A stretch of DNA of 64,000 nt from Haplodiscus bocki (lineage: Eukaryota), in the NCBI GenBank assembly GCA_965655095.1, contig OZ296651.1:58342001-58406000 (forward strand), given 5' to 3'. Numbering within the stretch: the first letter of the stretch is position 1; each line of letters starts with the position of its first letter. The notes under the pieces are model-generated. The model saw only the letters and a program-made list of their open reading frames with translations, ran no database searches and was not told where the DNA came from. Made by a program: the position numbers and the translations under genes. Of the stretch, positions 36,330 through 50,400 are shown one piece after another.

Positions 36330-37829
36330 CCCTCCGCAAGAGGGTTGAAAAAATATCAATCTTTGGATTACAGCGAGTCAAGACAGATGCAATTACCGCA
36401 TCGTGGTGTTTGGCTCAAGACGCGCTAGGTTCGATACTATTGGTTGTTCTGTTATTCGATCTGAAACTGTCTGCCAAAGATGAGCTGATGGGACAATTAC
36501 TCCTATCTATACTACCCGTTAATTTTTCCTCAAACGCACTTAAAATGTTCTCGAGTCCAATATTAAGGGTGTAATCAACCAGTAGTGAAAAAATTTCAAT
36601 TTCCTTTTCTATTTCATTAGGCTCAGTCATGACAATAGAACTTCGGTCTGTTTTCGTTACTTTTAGAATCGATCAATCAGTTTTGATTGGTCTCCTTTCA
36701 AGTTCTCACTAGGGCCCCCTAAACATTTCCCTCAAGAACATCTCTGGAGCTACATCTTGTTTTTTGTCTAATCTGTGAAATCCTCGTGAAAAAAGGAATT
36801 TTTTTTTGAAAACTCTCGTTCAGAATTCATGTTAAAATCAAGACAAATTGAGAAGCCGAACTAAAAAAAAAGTAAATTTTCGAAGAAATCGTAATAAGAT
36901 TAAGTCAGAAAGAATTTGTCGGTTATCAAAATTTTGGCAACTTCAGCTACTGTTTTGTATGAGGGTGAAAGAAAGAATTGCTTGAGTCTCACTGGCGCTC
37001 TCGTTTTCATATCTAGTTTGAAACCTGTGATTGGTCAGCTTGAAAAATAGCTTGAAAAATAGTTTTTAAAAAAGCTGCAATCTTGAGGTCAGCCTATTTT
37101 AGCTTGACGTCAGGGTAATAGCGCGACGTCAAGGATGACAGGAAACGTTTGGTGGTCACGATGTGTTGGTAGGATATTTCCCAAGTATGTTTCTAATCTA
37201 GCTGGCTTTAAATATAAGAAAGTTGCACGACTAGTCTGAAATCAAATTAATTGTAACGTTTGGCCTAGGAGCATAACCGATTAAAAGGGATAACTTCTTT
37301 CAAGTGCCATGACCAACTAAGCCCAGATCTCGATTATTCCTCGGCAATAATAAATATGGCCTTTTGTATTTCCATGAAATCAAAGCGAAAGTTTCTAATT
37401 GACACTCAAAGAACTGAGAGAATAATAAAAATTATATGACATTTACAGTCGAGTTAATGAACTGAGTCCAATTGATCTCAAGGTTAAGTTTTAAAACGTA
37501 TCGGTGCTAACATCTGCGGGGAGTTGAACTACTTTCCCAATGCAGGTCATCCCCTGCAACAGTTGTTTAGTAAACACCACCCTTGGAAAGATTTATTGCA
37601 TCCAGTGTTGAAATTGCATGCTTAACAATTTCCCCATTGCTATTTTATCAATAGATAGACCCTACTCATATGTAGAGATACATAGACATTACGTGCAAAA
37701 AATTGTGCTTTTTGTAATTTTGACTTTGGATGCTGGCAAAGCCTTAGACAAGTGATGTTAACCAAAAATTTTATGAAAATTTTCTAATACGCAGTACTGT
37801 TACTAGATGAGCTCTCCTGGTAGCTTTTT

Positions 37830-38610
37830 CCATAGCGCCAATTTTTTCGGAGTTCCTGAGTTTCGTTGACCAAGTATTGAAGTTTGGCGGACAAAAATGC
37901 CAAAAAATTGCTTTTTATAAGTTCCTTAAAGGTCTTCCGCAGAAAATTTCAATAAATTTTGGAAAATCCTTGCCCAAGGTTCCAACTGCAAAAAACCTAA
38001 CGTTTGCTGGAGTTTAGCCTCGGACTCAATATCTACAACATAGCTTATGCCGCTCAAAAACAATAAATCCGTTTCATCAACAGCACTGAGTTCGCTAAAA
38101 TTAATATCGAATATGGAAAAAAAGTTGTGAATGACTATAAAAGCATCTCTTTTGATAGTACAGAGTATGCCCAGAGCGCACAAGGGGCCAAAATTGATGC
38201 CGACTTGTACATCGGAGCTCTGCCATCTAAATTCAGAGGATGAAATTTTCTGGACTTGAAAATCTCAACTTTGCTGCTTTTGGAGGAAATTATGATGTTG
38301 CAATATGCGAGCTGACCTTGTCCGGTTTACGCAGTCTTTGGAACAGTTTTCATTGACGTTGAATTTTATGAACAGTTTGATAAAAATTGGTGGTTTGGAC
38401 CATATCGAAGAAAACCGGTATCGATTCGACGAAAGTTCGCCTATCCTGAAATGTCTCAAAGTAAAGTATGATCGGCTAAAAAAAAACGAGAAAGAAGCAA
38501 CTGGATTTGCCAATTCTCCCTAAATCAAAGCAAAACCCGGCTTTTGATACCCAAGAGTCTGAAGGAACTATAGTGCTGAGAACAACAAAAATGAAGAATG
38601 CATACAACCT
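37830..38610 (+). pseudogene. NNMT/TEMT-like methyltransferase pseudogene, paralog of 13840-14511
   Basis: Long near-identical blocks (CAATATCTACAACATAGCTTATGCCGCTCAAAAACAA; CCAAAATTGATGCCGACT) with stops and frameshifts. Confidence 0.9.
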
Positions 38611-40299
38611 CAACACTCAAATCAGAATTTCTCAGTTTGCATTGAGCAGAAAAACGAAAAATGCAACATGTAACTTACAAAACCCACAACATAGCGCTCT
38701 CATTTCAGTTTATTGCAATATAATAAAATACGCTCCTGGTGGGGTTCGAGAATCAAAACAAACGAATCAACACCTCATTTTTGAAACTAACTGATGAAAA
38801 CATAGGCTTTCCAGGGCGCGAAGAGCTCAGAAAAAACTTGTAAACCAGAACGTTCGAAGCAAATATTCGAAGGTTAAATTACCTCCTACTGGCCCTTCCA
38901 CAAAATTAATTCTTTGAAAACAATTGCTTTATTAAAAGTGGAATTCAAACGAGAAGGCTATTTGCTGGTAGCTCTATTGTCCTTGAATCTATATGCGGTA
39001 TACTTTCGGAAAATCAAGCGAGTCATCAGAAAATATCGGCCCGTAGTTTAATGGAATTATAACGTTTTTGATCAAAAATCCGAAAAACAGCAACTTAGCT
39101 TATCTCGTCTCCACAAAAACCTCTGTCTCTATAACGTGTTGCAATATGCGCCTTTTAGTTTGACTTGCTCTGTATTAGTACCCAAACAGCCGATTTAAAA
39201 AAAGGAGGAAAAGTTCAAAGAGAAGTTTGGAAACTGAATTTTACGAAAGGGCTACGTTTTCCAGAGAAATCCCACGAAAAGCTTTAGGAAGGATAATTTC
39301 GTCGAAGTTTGAATCCGAAAACACTACTGTTATTTTCCGTCGCAAAACTTTTTCGAAAGGAATTTATTCAATTCAGTAGTTAGACTTTTTTCCTTTTCTC
39401 GAAACAACCCATGGCGCACAGACATCATGTCTGCAGAAAGAATAATTGGCGGCTTGTAAAATACAAACGTGGGGTGGCACTCAGTTAGGTAACCAATGCT
39501 GGGGTTTAGAATCCCTCAAACAGCCATTTTTTTACTTGTTTTCAGATACTCGTTAACACACTCCTATTTGTAATTGCCAAAAATTGGGTCCTATTGGACA
39601 AACTTTAGATTCTTTTGATCGTGGGCTTTTTTCCTCAAAAACTGTCCGATTTCCGACGTAAAAAAAATCGCGATTCCGCAAAATTTTTCAAAAAATCGGA
39701 AAAAAATTTATTGATTCACTTTAAAAGCCGAAGAAAAGTTTTTAATCTGTCAAATAATTTAATTATAAGTGTAAAAGTTTTCAGTACTTTGATAACGGTT
39801 AGTTTAACTACCCTAGTTATTCCAGGTCCACTCTGTACAATTTTTCCACGAAGATATTTGTGTTGCAGCATATCGCCCTCTAATCTCTACATTGAGGTAA
39901 TCCCAAAAAGTGCATTTATTTTTAAGTTTCCTTGATGTTGAAACTTCATGTTTTGCAAAAATACAGGATCAAGTTTTTTGATCTGAGCATCTTTCGAAGA
40001 TTTTCTTCCTTTGGTGAATATTCCAGTCACAGTTTCTTGCGTCAGCATCCTGATGGTGCAAAAATACCATAAAGTGTGATTAAGATTGATTTATGTCGTT
40101 ATTCAAACTGATATATCTCCAAAACCACCTGGTTGTTTTCTTCCAACAGTTAGTCAACCGAACGCATTCCACTTGTTCCGAACTTTTGATCAAAAAATAA
40201 CCATTTCTTTGCTGGCGCTGGAACCTTAATACTCCGAAAATAACAAAGAGGTCTTTTAATTTTGACGTAACTCAAATTTCAAACTCGGTTTTTGCAATA

Positions 40300-41900
40300 A
40301 CTACAAGCTAGATATCTTTCATCAAGGTCTCAATCGACAACTTTTTACTTTGAAACAATATTTGGATTGAAACGTCATGGAGATTGTTCTATACAGGGGA
40401 ATTGGGATAGTCCGAAAACGCCCTGACTTGCTAATAGTTTTGACATACATCAATTATCAAACTTCCGTCATCCACTTACAGACCTGATCTCTCCGATGAA
40501 CGTCTCATTTTTTTTATTGCCCTGTAATTGTCATAAACTTTTCAATCGAAAGTTTATCAATTGTGTTCCTTGCATCAAAATCCTGAATGGTTGAAAATTC
40601 CATAAAGTGGAATTAAAATTGATATAAATCTTTTTGCAAACTCATAAGTTCTCCGTAATCACAGCTTTGATTTTTTAGAACAAGGTTTCAATCAGAAGCG
40701 TTATATTTGCAGAGGAACATTTGTGCTAAAATTTATGTTTTTTGCATCTTGCATCGCAATCGCGATAGATCCTGTATTCAAGAAATTGTCATTTTGCTAG
40801 ACAAAACCCTTTTTTCACGCTCTTTTTCCAAAAGCTACAGGCTCAATTTTTTTCCATTGATGTCTCAGTCAAAACTTTTTTACTTGTAGAATCGTAACAA
40901 TCCCAAAACGCCAAGAAAATCTCTTAATTTGATTTCCTCCGATTTTCAGCTTCGTTTTTTTAAATGACAATGAGCTAATTTTTTTAAACAAGGTATGAAT
41001 TGAAAGCCTTTATTTTTAGAGGCAGGTTTGATTCAAAATTGATTGATTTTGTTTCCTGCCTTGAATTTTTGATACCTGCAAAACACCAAAAGAGAATCAG
41101 TATGGACATTTTTTACGGTGTTTCAGCTCATATTTCTTGATTGCTACTGACATGTATTTTTATTGCAACGTCTCAGTGTGAATTTTTCTACCTTTCGTCG
41201 CCAAACTGAATAAAAAATTGAAATGATTCGTTTTTGGCATTGCAATTTTATTGATCTTAAAAGGCCGAGAAAAAAATGATTTTCGATTTGTTTCCCTGTT
41301 CAAACTAGTCTTCCTCAATAACCCCAAAGCCTCATTTTTTCATCGAGGTCTAAATCGACAGGTTTTATTATTGGAGCTTTGATGTGAAAAACTTTTGCTT
41401 TTGTTCTATGCATTGGAGTTGTTATTTTCGTAAAAGGCCGAAAAGTGCTATTAGTTTAACGTGAATCGATTTTTAAACTCTTCTTTTCTTAAATACTGAT
41501 TTGATTTTTTTTGCTTCAAGCTCTCAATATGAAACTTTGCTCTTGTAGCGGTATACTCTCTTAACAAATCATTGTTTTTGTTCAATGCAGTACTTCAAAA
41601 TGAGATTTTATTTTCGACATTCCTTGAGATTCAAACCCGTAACTTTCCAACTTTATTTGTTTTATTTTCCCATGAACACGTCTCTCAAAAGCCTTTTTAT
41701 CGAACGAAAAATTTTTTTCAAGTAGTTCCTTTGTTTGTGAAACTTGCTATTTTAAAATCCGAAACCTGATGGGACAAAAGTGGCAAAATTTGCTCTTGGT
41801 ATAAAGAGATCTCAATTTTCCAACACCTTTTTCTGAAAAACTACAGCTTTTAATTCGTCCATCAATGTCTGAAGTGGCGCTGTTATACTATCAAATGATT
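40300..41900. repeat. Highly degenerate tandem repeat (~310-360 bp period)
   Basis: Related CAAGGT.TCAATC.A.A..TT..AT blocks at about 40321, 40679, 40987 and 41341. Confidence 0.35.
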
Positions 41901-42518
41901 CTTAGTTTGAAGGACTTCGGATTTTGCTCCTTAGATTGAAATAGACTGCAAATGCGAAAAAGTCCAAAAATTTGTGTTCTTTCGTTGATTTTCAAACCCA
42001 TTTATCTCTAAGGCTACCAGCTTGATTGTTTCGTCAATGTCTCCATCGAGTAATTTTGTCAAGGACGGGTTTCTTTGTGAAAGTCATTTGTTGTATGTTC
42101 GGTCAACACTTTCTTTTTTCTGCTCCCCTTTGATGAACATTTTCGCACTACAATTGTGTCTCTTGTTTCCAAAGAGTGCGCTTTGTGTTATAGAAGTAGG
42201 TAAAAAATTATCTGAGAGCCAGAAGTGGTAAGGATTTCGAAAAGCCACAGTTTCAAGTGAAAATAATCAATCTTTATTTAAAGAACAACGTTTTTTCATA
42301 CGATCAAGGGAATTTTTTTATGAGGCCGTTGATTGCCAAAACTTATCAATAACGTTTGAAATTCTTGAAGTAACGAAACCAACAAGTGCATTCTTCACTT
42401 TTTAACAAAGTCAGAAAGACAGAACTTCTTCGTTTGAGCAGGTTTACCAGAATTATTAAAAAACCGAAAAATGACACAAATTGAACCTATCTGTAGGATT
42501 ACTTCCGATTAGACGTTG

Positions 42519-42990
42519 AACAAGACAGCCAGCTACCACCCGCATGTTTTCCGTCCTCCCATTTTTGTAATGAACCCTTTTAAAACGATGGAAACGTTTT
42601 TTATGAAGAAACACTCCTTCTTCATATTATTTTCCTATTTTTCCAAATTTGAAAATTTTCCGATTTTTTTTGCAAAAAAAAAAGACTTCAGTTAATGTGA
42701 AAAAGACATTTTCAAGAGATAATAGCATTTGATACGCATTCTACAGCAAATTTGCCACCTTTAGCGATTTCGGATAATATTCAAGTTTTTTCCGAAAAAA
42801 ACCCATCATTTTTTCAAAAAAACCCAAATCTTCAACGTTTTGAGAAATTATACTATTTCAGTCGCATTCTACGGAAAATGTGCTAAATTTTGGTGAAAAA
42901 CGTGAACAAACGTGAACGCATTGGCAACCATCGGTTAAAAAGAATCTTCGCGTTGAGTGGATGATTTTCATCCCATATTATATATATGGC
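42519..42990 (+). repeat. Dispersed non-autonomous repeat, copy 2
   Basis: AACAAGACAGCCAGCTACCACC start; CATTTGATACGCATTCTACAGCAAATTTGCCAC identical to the 61.8-kb copy. Confidence 0.8.
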
Positions 42991-43625
42991 GGAAAATATT
43001 AAACGGAATTGAGTTGGTAGTTGAAGAGAGAACCATATTTGAAAGTGGACTGCATATGACATCATACTCATTTGTAGTAATACTTCGGTTCTCATTTCTA
43101 GAGAGTTACACGGACTCCAGCAAATCTACTCCACCTAATTCAATGTTCATTTGGTTAGATTTTCATAGAGTCTGAGACGAAAAGAATTGACTTGTGCTAT
43201 GCTCAGAATTCTCCCTGCAGAAAGCAAGCACTCGATAGATGCTTTCTGAAGACTCGCCGAGAACATGTGAAAGATATTGAATGTGCCAAAATATTGAGAA
43301 AATATCTGGCATCCACTCCTAAAACCTACAGTATCAACATCTAAAAAATAAAGCTGTTTAATCGCCGGCTTATTTGCTCAGGTTTGCGCTTACCCGCTTC
43401 GCTTTTCAAAGCTTTCGCTGCGCTTAAGCAAGCGCGTAGCGTTTGGGTAGCGAACACACTGTTTGAAAACTGTCGATGCAACAATTGCCGGCTCAATGAT
43501 TTTTCCATTGCAGGTCTCTGAGATAACCAGTAGATTCATTTCTGATGATTTTTTTCTCAGAGATTGCCAACACACGTAATTTCCATTCATATTTGAAGCC
43601 ATATGACAGTTGTGTCAACCTAGTG

Positions 43626-44699
43626 CAGTAGTGTCAGAAAAGAATGGAACCTTTATTTGTGAATCAATAGTGGAACGCTACATATACTTACATAATACTC
43701 AAAAACAACTGAAATTTCTTGACGCATGACCACCTTTACAACGTATTAACATTGGGAATGATACTTTTTCTCAAGGAATGTCTATGTTAATTGATAGTGT
43801 AAACACTGGGGAGCTGCCAACTTCTGAGTAAAGTTAGTACATGAGGGGCATCTTGAGATTACATGAAATGTAAACAAAAATGGAGTAAAAGGTACTTAAA
43901 ACATCGAAAATTCTGATGTAAATTCAATCTCCTATCTTAATACATAGAAATGCAAAATCTCCTAACTCTATAATAATGATCCTAGAAGTTTCAAACAAAC
44001 ATTTTGTGTATTGTTTTTGAGCAGTACGCAAGTATCCCAGCGTTGGACATCCTGGATTTCCTCCCAGGATCCTTCCAGGATTCCTCAAGATTCCTGGTAG
44101 GATTAATCCAGGAATCCTACCAGGATCCTGCAAGATCATGGAAGATTTTCTAGGAAATCCAGGAGGCAAAAATGCGAAAAATCGAAATTCTCTCACTCAT
44201 TTTCGAGCCAACGACCTCCTATTCCAACGCCTCATACTCTACCACTATGCTATAACTGCTTTGTTATTCGAAATTCCAAATTGAGTAAATTTCAACGTGG
44301 TAGTGGCAATTGCTATTGATATAGCATAGAGGTAGAGCATGTGGCCATGATGATACTTAATTAACTTGAAATTGCTATTGTTAAAGTGGATATAGCGCAT
44401 TGGTTAAGCATATTAACATGAATTAGAAACATAGCAAAGTTTTTATTAAATTTAGCACATCTGTTTTTCGAATTTAGTGCATTCAGATGTTGAACCTAGA
44501 TCCTAACAGGAAACTCAGTGATTTAACATTCGTACCAAGAAGTTCAGGAATTCAGGAATCCAGGATTCCTACCGGGAAACTCAAGAGTCCAGGATTCCTT
44601 GCAGGAAATTCAAGATTTTCCAGGAAGTCAGACGCTGAAATGTATATCGTTCCATTATTAATTCACAAATAAAGGTTCCATTCTTTTCTGACACTACTG
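43626..44699. mobile_element. Tc1/mariner-type MITE
   Basis: TIR CAGTAGTGTCAGAAAAGAATGGAACCTTTATTTGTGAAT (39 bp perfect, ~90 bp imperfect); flanks TG/TA consistent with a TA TSD. Confidence 0.85.
44036..44639. mobile_element. Second MITE nested in the right TIR of the first
   Basis: Imperfect TIR CCCAGCGT..GAC.TCCTGGA; CCAGGA/TCCTGG-rich subtermini; AT duplication at 44034-44035 and 44640-44641. Confidence 0.75.
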
Positions 44700-46189
44700 T
44701 AGTCACAACAAGTCAACGCAATGTAGGCTATTGTGGATCCATAGAGCGGTGTGGATCCACAAAATACTAAAGATCAATACATATACCGATCAAAAACATT
44801 GCTTCATCTTAATCACTGATCGGTCAAGTCAGTAATTGAACAACAAAAACATTTTTCAAAAAAATAAATAGTGCCTGCTGAGTTACACCTTTTTAGACAC
44901 TTTTGGAGGCAAAATTATACGCTAATTAGACTAATTAAAATGAAACGTATCAGAGTTGTTTATCTTAGGACTTTTTGGAATAGTTCTTGACCGCTCTCCT
45001 TGCTTTTCTAGAAAGAGTCAGACGCTGAATCAACGTCATGGTAATCAATCATTTTGAGGGAACATACGGTAACATTCTACAGTATGGAACGCATTTTCTT
45101 ATGCTCGTGTCATAGAAGTTTTCTGCTTAGAAGTTGGAAGCAAAGTTTAGGCTGCAAAAAGACTTTCAGATATATCGATAGGCGCGAGTTAACAATATGA
45201 GCGATCATTCAAAAAATATTTGCAAAGCTTTATTTGTATTTTAAGAAACTTAGGGTGTTCAGCGTATTCTCCAGCAGTAGGAATTATCTTCTGAGACAGG
45301 GATTGATTTTAAGTCAAAGAATAGTCCACCTTCGAGAACTTGATTAAGTTTAATCACTTGCAATTTCCATAAATTTAGTCGTTGCCAAATTAAAGACGTC
45401 TCAGTTAGTGGCTTTATGATTGGTACATTCCAGCCAAATCGATGACTGCTTTGAACTCTCGAACTAAAAGTCGTTATTTGATTTGATGCGGAAACGCAAC
45501 CCTAGGTAAAAGCCCTAACCAATCTAACCATTTGTCAGCAAGCTCATTTCAACTTCTTCAGAATGGCTGCATCTTTCTATCTACAGAAGGAAATAAAAAA
45601 TAGGAATTTTTTCAGAGATGGACTTGTTCTCTGGAGCTATGCTAAACTTAGTACCTTTTGAAAACTTCAGTTCGACAATCTTATAGGTGAAAGACTCAGT
45701 AGATATTCCCCTACACGACCGAAACTTATACCAACGAAGGTGCAGCCTTGTCTACGCCTTCCATTTCACAAAGCGATTGGATGCTTTTTCTGCCAATGAT
45801 TTTCGGACCTGATTCTGGAGAAAAGCCTGGCAGGCAATCATCTTCCAAAACTGAGATTGGGAATGCCGCCTTCCAAATGCCTTGAATATTTAACGTATTT
45901 TTTTGTCTTCCTGGGAAACATGAACAGTGTACTTCTGAGAAGAGTTTCAAGATCTGAATTTGAAGCAGACTTTTTTATCAAGAAATCTTGGCTGTCATCA
46001 TTTTAGCAGATGAAATACGACCGACTCTTCTTGTACTGTTGGGTTTCCCAGCTTAGCTCTGTCTGCAATACTAAACAATTTTTTAGTCTTATTGAACAAA
46101 ACTTTCATTCTTATTTAGTTTGAGCACCTTCCATTCTATCAAACACACAGGCTTTAGTGAAAAGCATATATATAGATTTGCAAAGTTAG

Positions 46190-46680
46190 GCTCATATCAT
46201 CCCCCATATTCCGCCTATATCTGTAATATGGTAAGAAAATCATCATCCACTCAACGCGGTGCGTTTCAACGTTTACTTGCCAATTGTCCGGGCAGAATGT
46301 CTGGACCAAACGGTTCTGAAGTTGGAAAGTTTTTATCACCAAATTATAGTAAACTTTCGCTAGGAGGAGACTGAAACAGTGAGATTTCTCAAATAAGTAT
46401 GAAATTAGTTTTTTTGAAAAAAAGGGGAAATTTTTTTCAAAATTGCTAAAGGTGGAAAATTTGCCATACAATGAGTATCAAATGATATTGCTTCTTTGAC
46501 ACATCTTTTCTTCTTGGATTATGAGGTTTTTTCGGCAAAGAATTAGAAAATTTTTCCATTGAGGGAAATTAGAGAAAATGATGAAGAGTAGTTTTTGAAA
46601 AAATGCTTTCATCATATTAAAAGACATCTTTACCAAATTGGAAGGCGGAAAATATGTCGGTAGTAGCCGATAGTAATGTT
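46190..46680 (-). repeat. Dispersed non-autonomous repeat, copy 3
   Basis: GGCGGAAAATATG..GGTAGTAGCCG and TTACTTGCCAATTG.CCGGGCAGAATGTC shared with the 10.8-kb copy. Confidence 0.78.
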
Positions 46681-47129
46681 TTGTAGCCATTACGATCACA
46701 TTTTCTTACTTTGATCCTCCAAAGTTTTCGTTGCCCCAAGTTCAAGGTTCACCAATTGGTATTTATGCAGTTTGGTTTTCTCTCATTGCAGGAAACTACA
46801 ACAGCATCAGTTTAGCAAACAATGATATAACACTGATGAATGTAAATCGAATTTAGTCTGATAAATCATAACCTAGAGGTTTATTACCCAAGCAGGAAAA
46901 CGATTTTTATTTTCCGTCTTAATGCATGTTACGAAAGGAAAATCATCAACTTGATATGTATACTTTTTTCCGCTCGTTTGCCAGTTCTGGCTGCGTCAAC
47001 TGCATTAACTCTCGTTCAAAATTCCCGCAAATTCGACTACTGTTTGGAACATTTATAGTGGCAAGATGAACTAAATATTTCTAATCGCTTAAATGTTAAA
47101 ATTATATCGGATGGTAAAAAAAGACCTGA

Positions 47130-47480
47130 ACACCGGCCAAAATTTTTTCGCTCGAATTCCAAAAAAGAATTATATATTTATATAATTTTTCTGAGGGATT
47201 TGCTTCCGCTGAAAACGTTCATTTGTACAAGTAGAAGTAAGTTTTGAGAACACTAGGCAAAAATTTTTCGCCCGAAGTCCAGAAAAATTCTCATTTTTAT
47301 ATTTTTCAGTTTTTTTCGCAAAAAATGTTCGTCTGTACCAGCAGAAATCAGTTTTGAGAATACCAGCCAAATTATTTGCTCAAAGTCCGAAAATTTCAAT
47401 AAATTTACTAATTTTTTCAAATATTTTTCATACTCAAAATGTTTGCCAGGACACGTAGAAATCAGTCTTGAGAACACCAA
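47130..47480 (+). repeat. Three degenerate ~115-bp tandem units
   Basis: Recurrent G(T/C)AGAA.T.AGT.TTGAGAA.AC and CCAAA.TT.TT..C.C.AAGTCC blocks. Confidence 0.65.
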
Positions 47481-50400
47481 ATTTGTCAAAGACTAAGTTG
47501 TACGGCGAGAAAGAGCTTCCTCGCACGCTAGGGTATCTATGCTTTTCTTAAAGTTTTCAGCCATTGCTTCTCTTCAAATTTTTGACAATTACAGGAATAG
47601 TTTTGAACCACTGTCGATAGAAACTATCACTCCGCTGCTCCGCATTTTTTAAAAACTTAATTCATTTCTGAAAATTCAATCTGGGAAAAAATTGGCAAGT
47701 TTAGTAAAAAGTTTTTCTTTAGTCTCAATATTGCTTTCCAGGCAGGCGAAATGAAGCCTTTTCAGGTTTTAAGACTGGAAATTTTTACAAGCAAATTTTT
47801 CCAGCTACAATTTTAGGTCGATTATTTTTATATTCCGTTACCAATTTAGTGACTTTTGTTGATTTTGCCGGAAATGTTACAGAAAAATTCTAATCCACTA
47901 CATATTAAGCTTTGTTCAGAACTGTTGGATTTCTTTTTTTTGCGAAACAACTTGAAAACCAAACTATTATGAGATACTTTGTGATATCCGAAGTCCATTA
48001 ACTTGGCACACATAGGTTCCAAGTCACCAACGTTTTGCAAGACTTAACAAAGGGAGTCCATTTTTTTTACATATTCATTTCTGGTCCAAAAGTTTTAAGA
48101 TACTTTTTTGCAAAAAAAAACTTTGAAATTCGAGCTAGTTTACGTTGTTTTGAACGTACGTTGTCAATGTTAAGTTTTTTCCTGAATCATAGTTGTCCAA
48201 TGGAGATATATTTGGTGCACAGGCTTAACAGCGATACTCAATCCATCTTTGATAGGTTTCTTCGTGAGATTTGAAAATGGAGCGATTTTGAGCTGTTTTG
48301 TCAATCGTTCGTTCGTTCTTTAGTTCATTATCCTCCAAACCACCTAAAGTTTGTTTTCAAGTTACAAAAAACCATTTCATACTACATAATATTATATGAT
48401 TGCAATTTGAAAATGTTTCGATAGATTTTGTCAACAAAAAACCAAAAATTGAGCTAATTTTGTTTAAATTTTGTCATTTTGAAGTTTCATATTGTCACAG
48501 CCTTTCCAGAAATCCCTATAAAGACCCTGCACCTAACAAGAAGACACTAATCAATCATTCATCAGGGTTTGGAGGATTGCAAGTTGTATATCTCCAGAGT
48601 ACGTTTCCACTTCCTCTGTTACTCTGGATTACCATGTCAATAAAAACACAATTCCTCTTATATTGCTTAGTGCATGTGTTCAGTAAACTTTTGATTGCTT
48701 TTAAGGGAATGACAGTCAAATTCGGTTAGCTTCGATCAAAATTGTTCTCAGACAGTTTTCCAACGTTCTATCTTGTGGCTTGAGTGGTCAATTGGCACTA
48801 ATTTGATTCATTATTACAGAAGTACATCAATGTATCCTGTATATGACTTGTCGTTTCTATCGAAAAATTTTAGTTGCTCTTCGGTGCTGTAAAACATCAA
48901 AACAGTTAAAAAGTAGTGAAGTGCTTAGTTCTGAGCTCCTGGCAAAATCCTACCAAAAATACAAACATGCCATCACTTTCCATTGGACAAAACCTCGGTG
49001 GCTGAAGTATTGGATCTGAGGCACAGAAAATGGGCGGAGAGCAAACCATTGAGAAAGTTCTGACGACATGGATGCCTGTTATTGGGAGTTGATTGACTTC
49101 TCAGAACATTGACTGAAAAAGAAACAAAAGTATTCAAATGATTTTACTTTGAGGTTGTCAATAAAAAGTAAACAACTAGAAGTGTAAAAGTAGGGCGTGA
49201 ATGATTTTTTCTTGCTTCCACGCATCGGACAGGTTCATCTTCCTCAGTGGTTTCAATCAAATTGATAGAGGCTCTGAGGACGTTAAAAAAGCACAGAAGC
49301 CTCTGTTTTGGAAACGTTTAAGCAATAAATATGTTCAATTTCAACCCAGTTTTTTTTAAAGAAATTTCATAGCTCTCGACTTCCGAGTTGATGAATCAAA
49401 AGCCTCAGATTGCCAGAACGGCGATGCTCTGGCAGTTCGTAGAGGAGACACCCAACCAAGAGAAAGAAATCATGATGTAGATCATCCCCCAAAAATAGAA
49501 AATCATTTGCCCAGATGAACACGCAGATTCAAACTCATAACAAAAGGTTGCTTAGATCCTTACAAGGAAACGCAACTTTCATGGGAGCCACTTTTTTTTA
49601 CTTTGAAAGGTGGAGACAAATTACGTTCAAGAAATCTGTTAGAAATGGAAGCTATCTTCAATATACATGAATCGAGCTTGTTTGTTTTTTTTTTCAAGCC
49701 ACAGACTGAATGGAAGTGACATTCAAATCATCATTTCGAAGAAGTGGTACGTAATGAAGACATCAATGATATCCAAAATTAGGCGTTGTTGGGGCGTAAT
49801 GACGTGCAGATACAGAAAATTTGTTGGCGCAGAATCAAAAAAAAACAAGGGAGTTTAATTTTCTCCAACGTAATATATTACAAAAAGAAAATCATCCCCT
49901 CAATTGGTGGATTTCTTTCTCCGGAGTTCGCCAATTCGCAGTGAGCGCGTTCTTGTTTTTTTTTAAATTGCAAAATGCTCCTCTGAATTCAGTATCAACA
50001 AACCTGCCGGAAATTTATCTCTCCAAGTTCGATGTTTTTAGTTGCGCTCCGATAGTTTTTGGGTAGTTTTCTGTGCGATACAAACTCCAAAACTGAGCTG
50101 ATTTTGGCCAATTTGACCAAAATTGTCGTACTATAGTTAGTTTATTTCCGCATGTAGGACTACAAATTGCCTGAATTTTGTACCGGCTCAACAATGAGAC
50201 TGTTCTATATTTCCGCATATAGGATTCTACATTGACTCGAAATTGAACAGACAATCGGAATCTTCTCTTATTACTTACTGAACTTCAGTTAAATTTTTGA
50301 TCTGTTTTCCAGCAAAAAAAACTCCGATATCGATCTTTTTTTGGGTACTTCGAAGATTTTTTAAAATGTTTTTGGCGCCTAGTTCATCAATTGATTTGTA

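Noticed and set aside
36089-36574. 161-aa ORF as a host gene
   Set aside because: It is the solo-LTR gag segment reading through into flanking DNA.
45530-49115. Possible minus-strand host exons (acceptor-like sites near 45582, 46062 and 49112)
   Set aside because: Stops in the candidate frames and no recognisable domain; needs RNA-seq.
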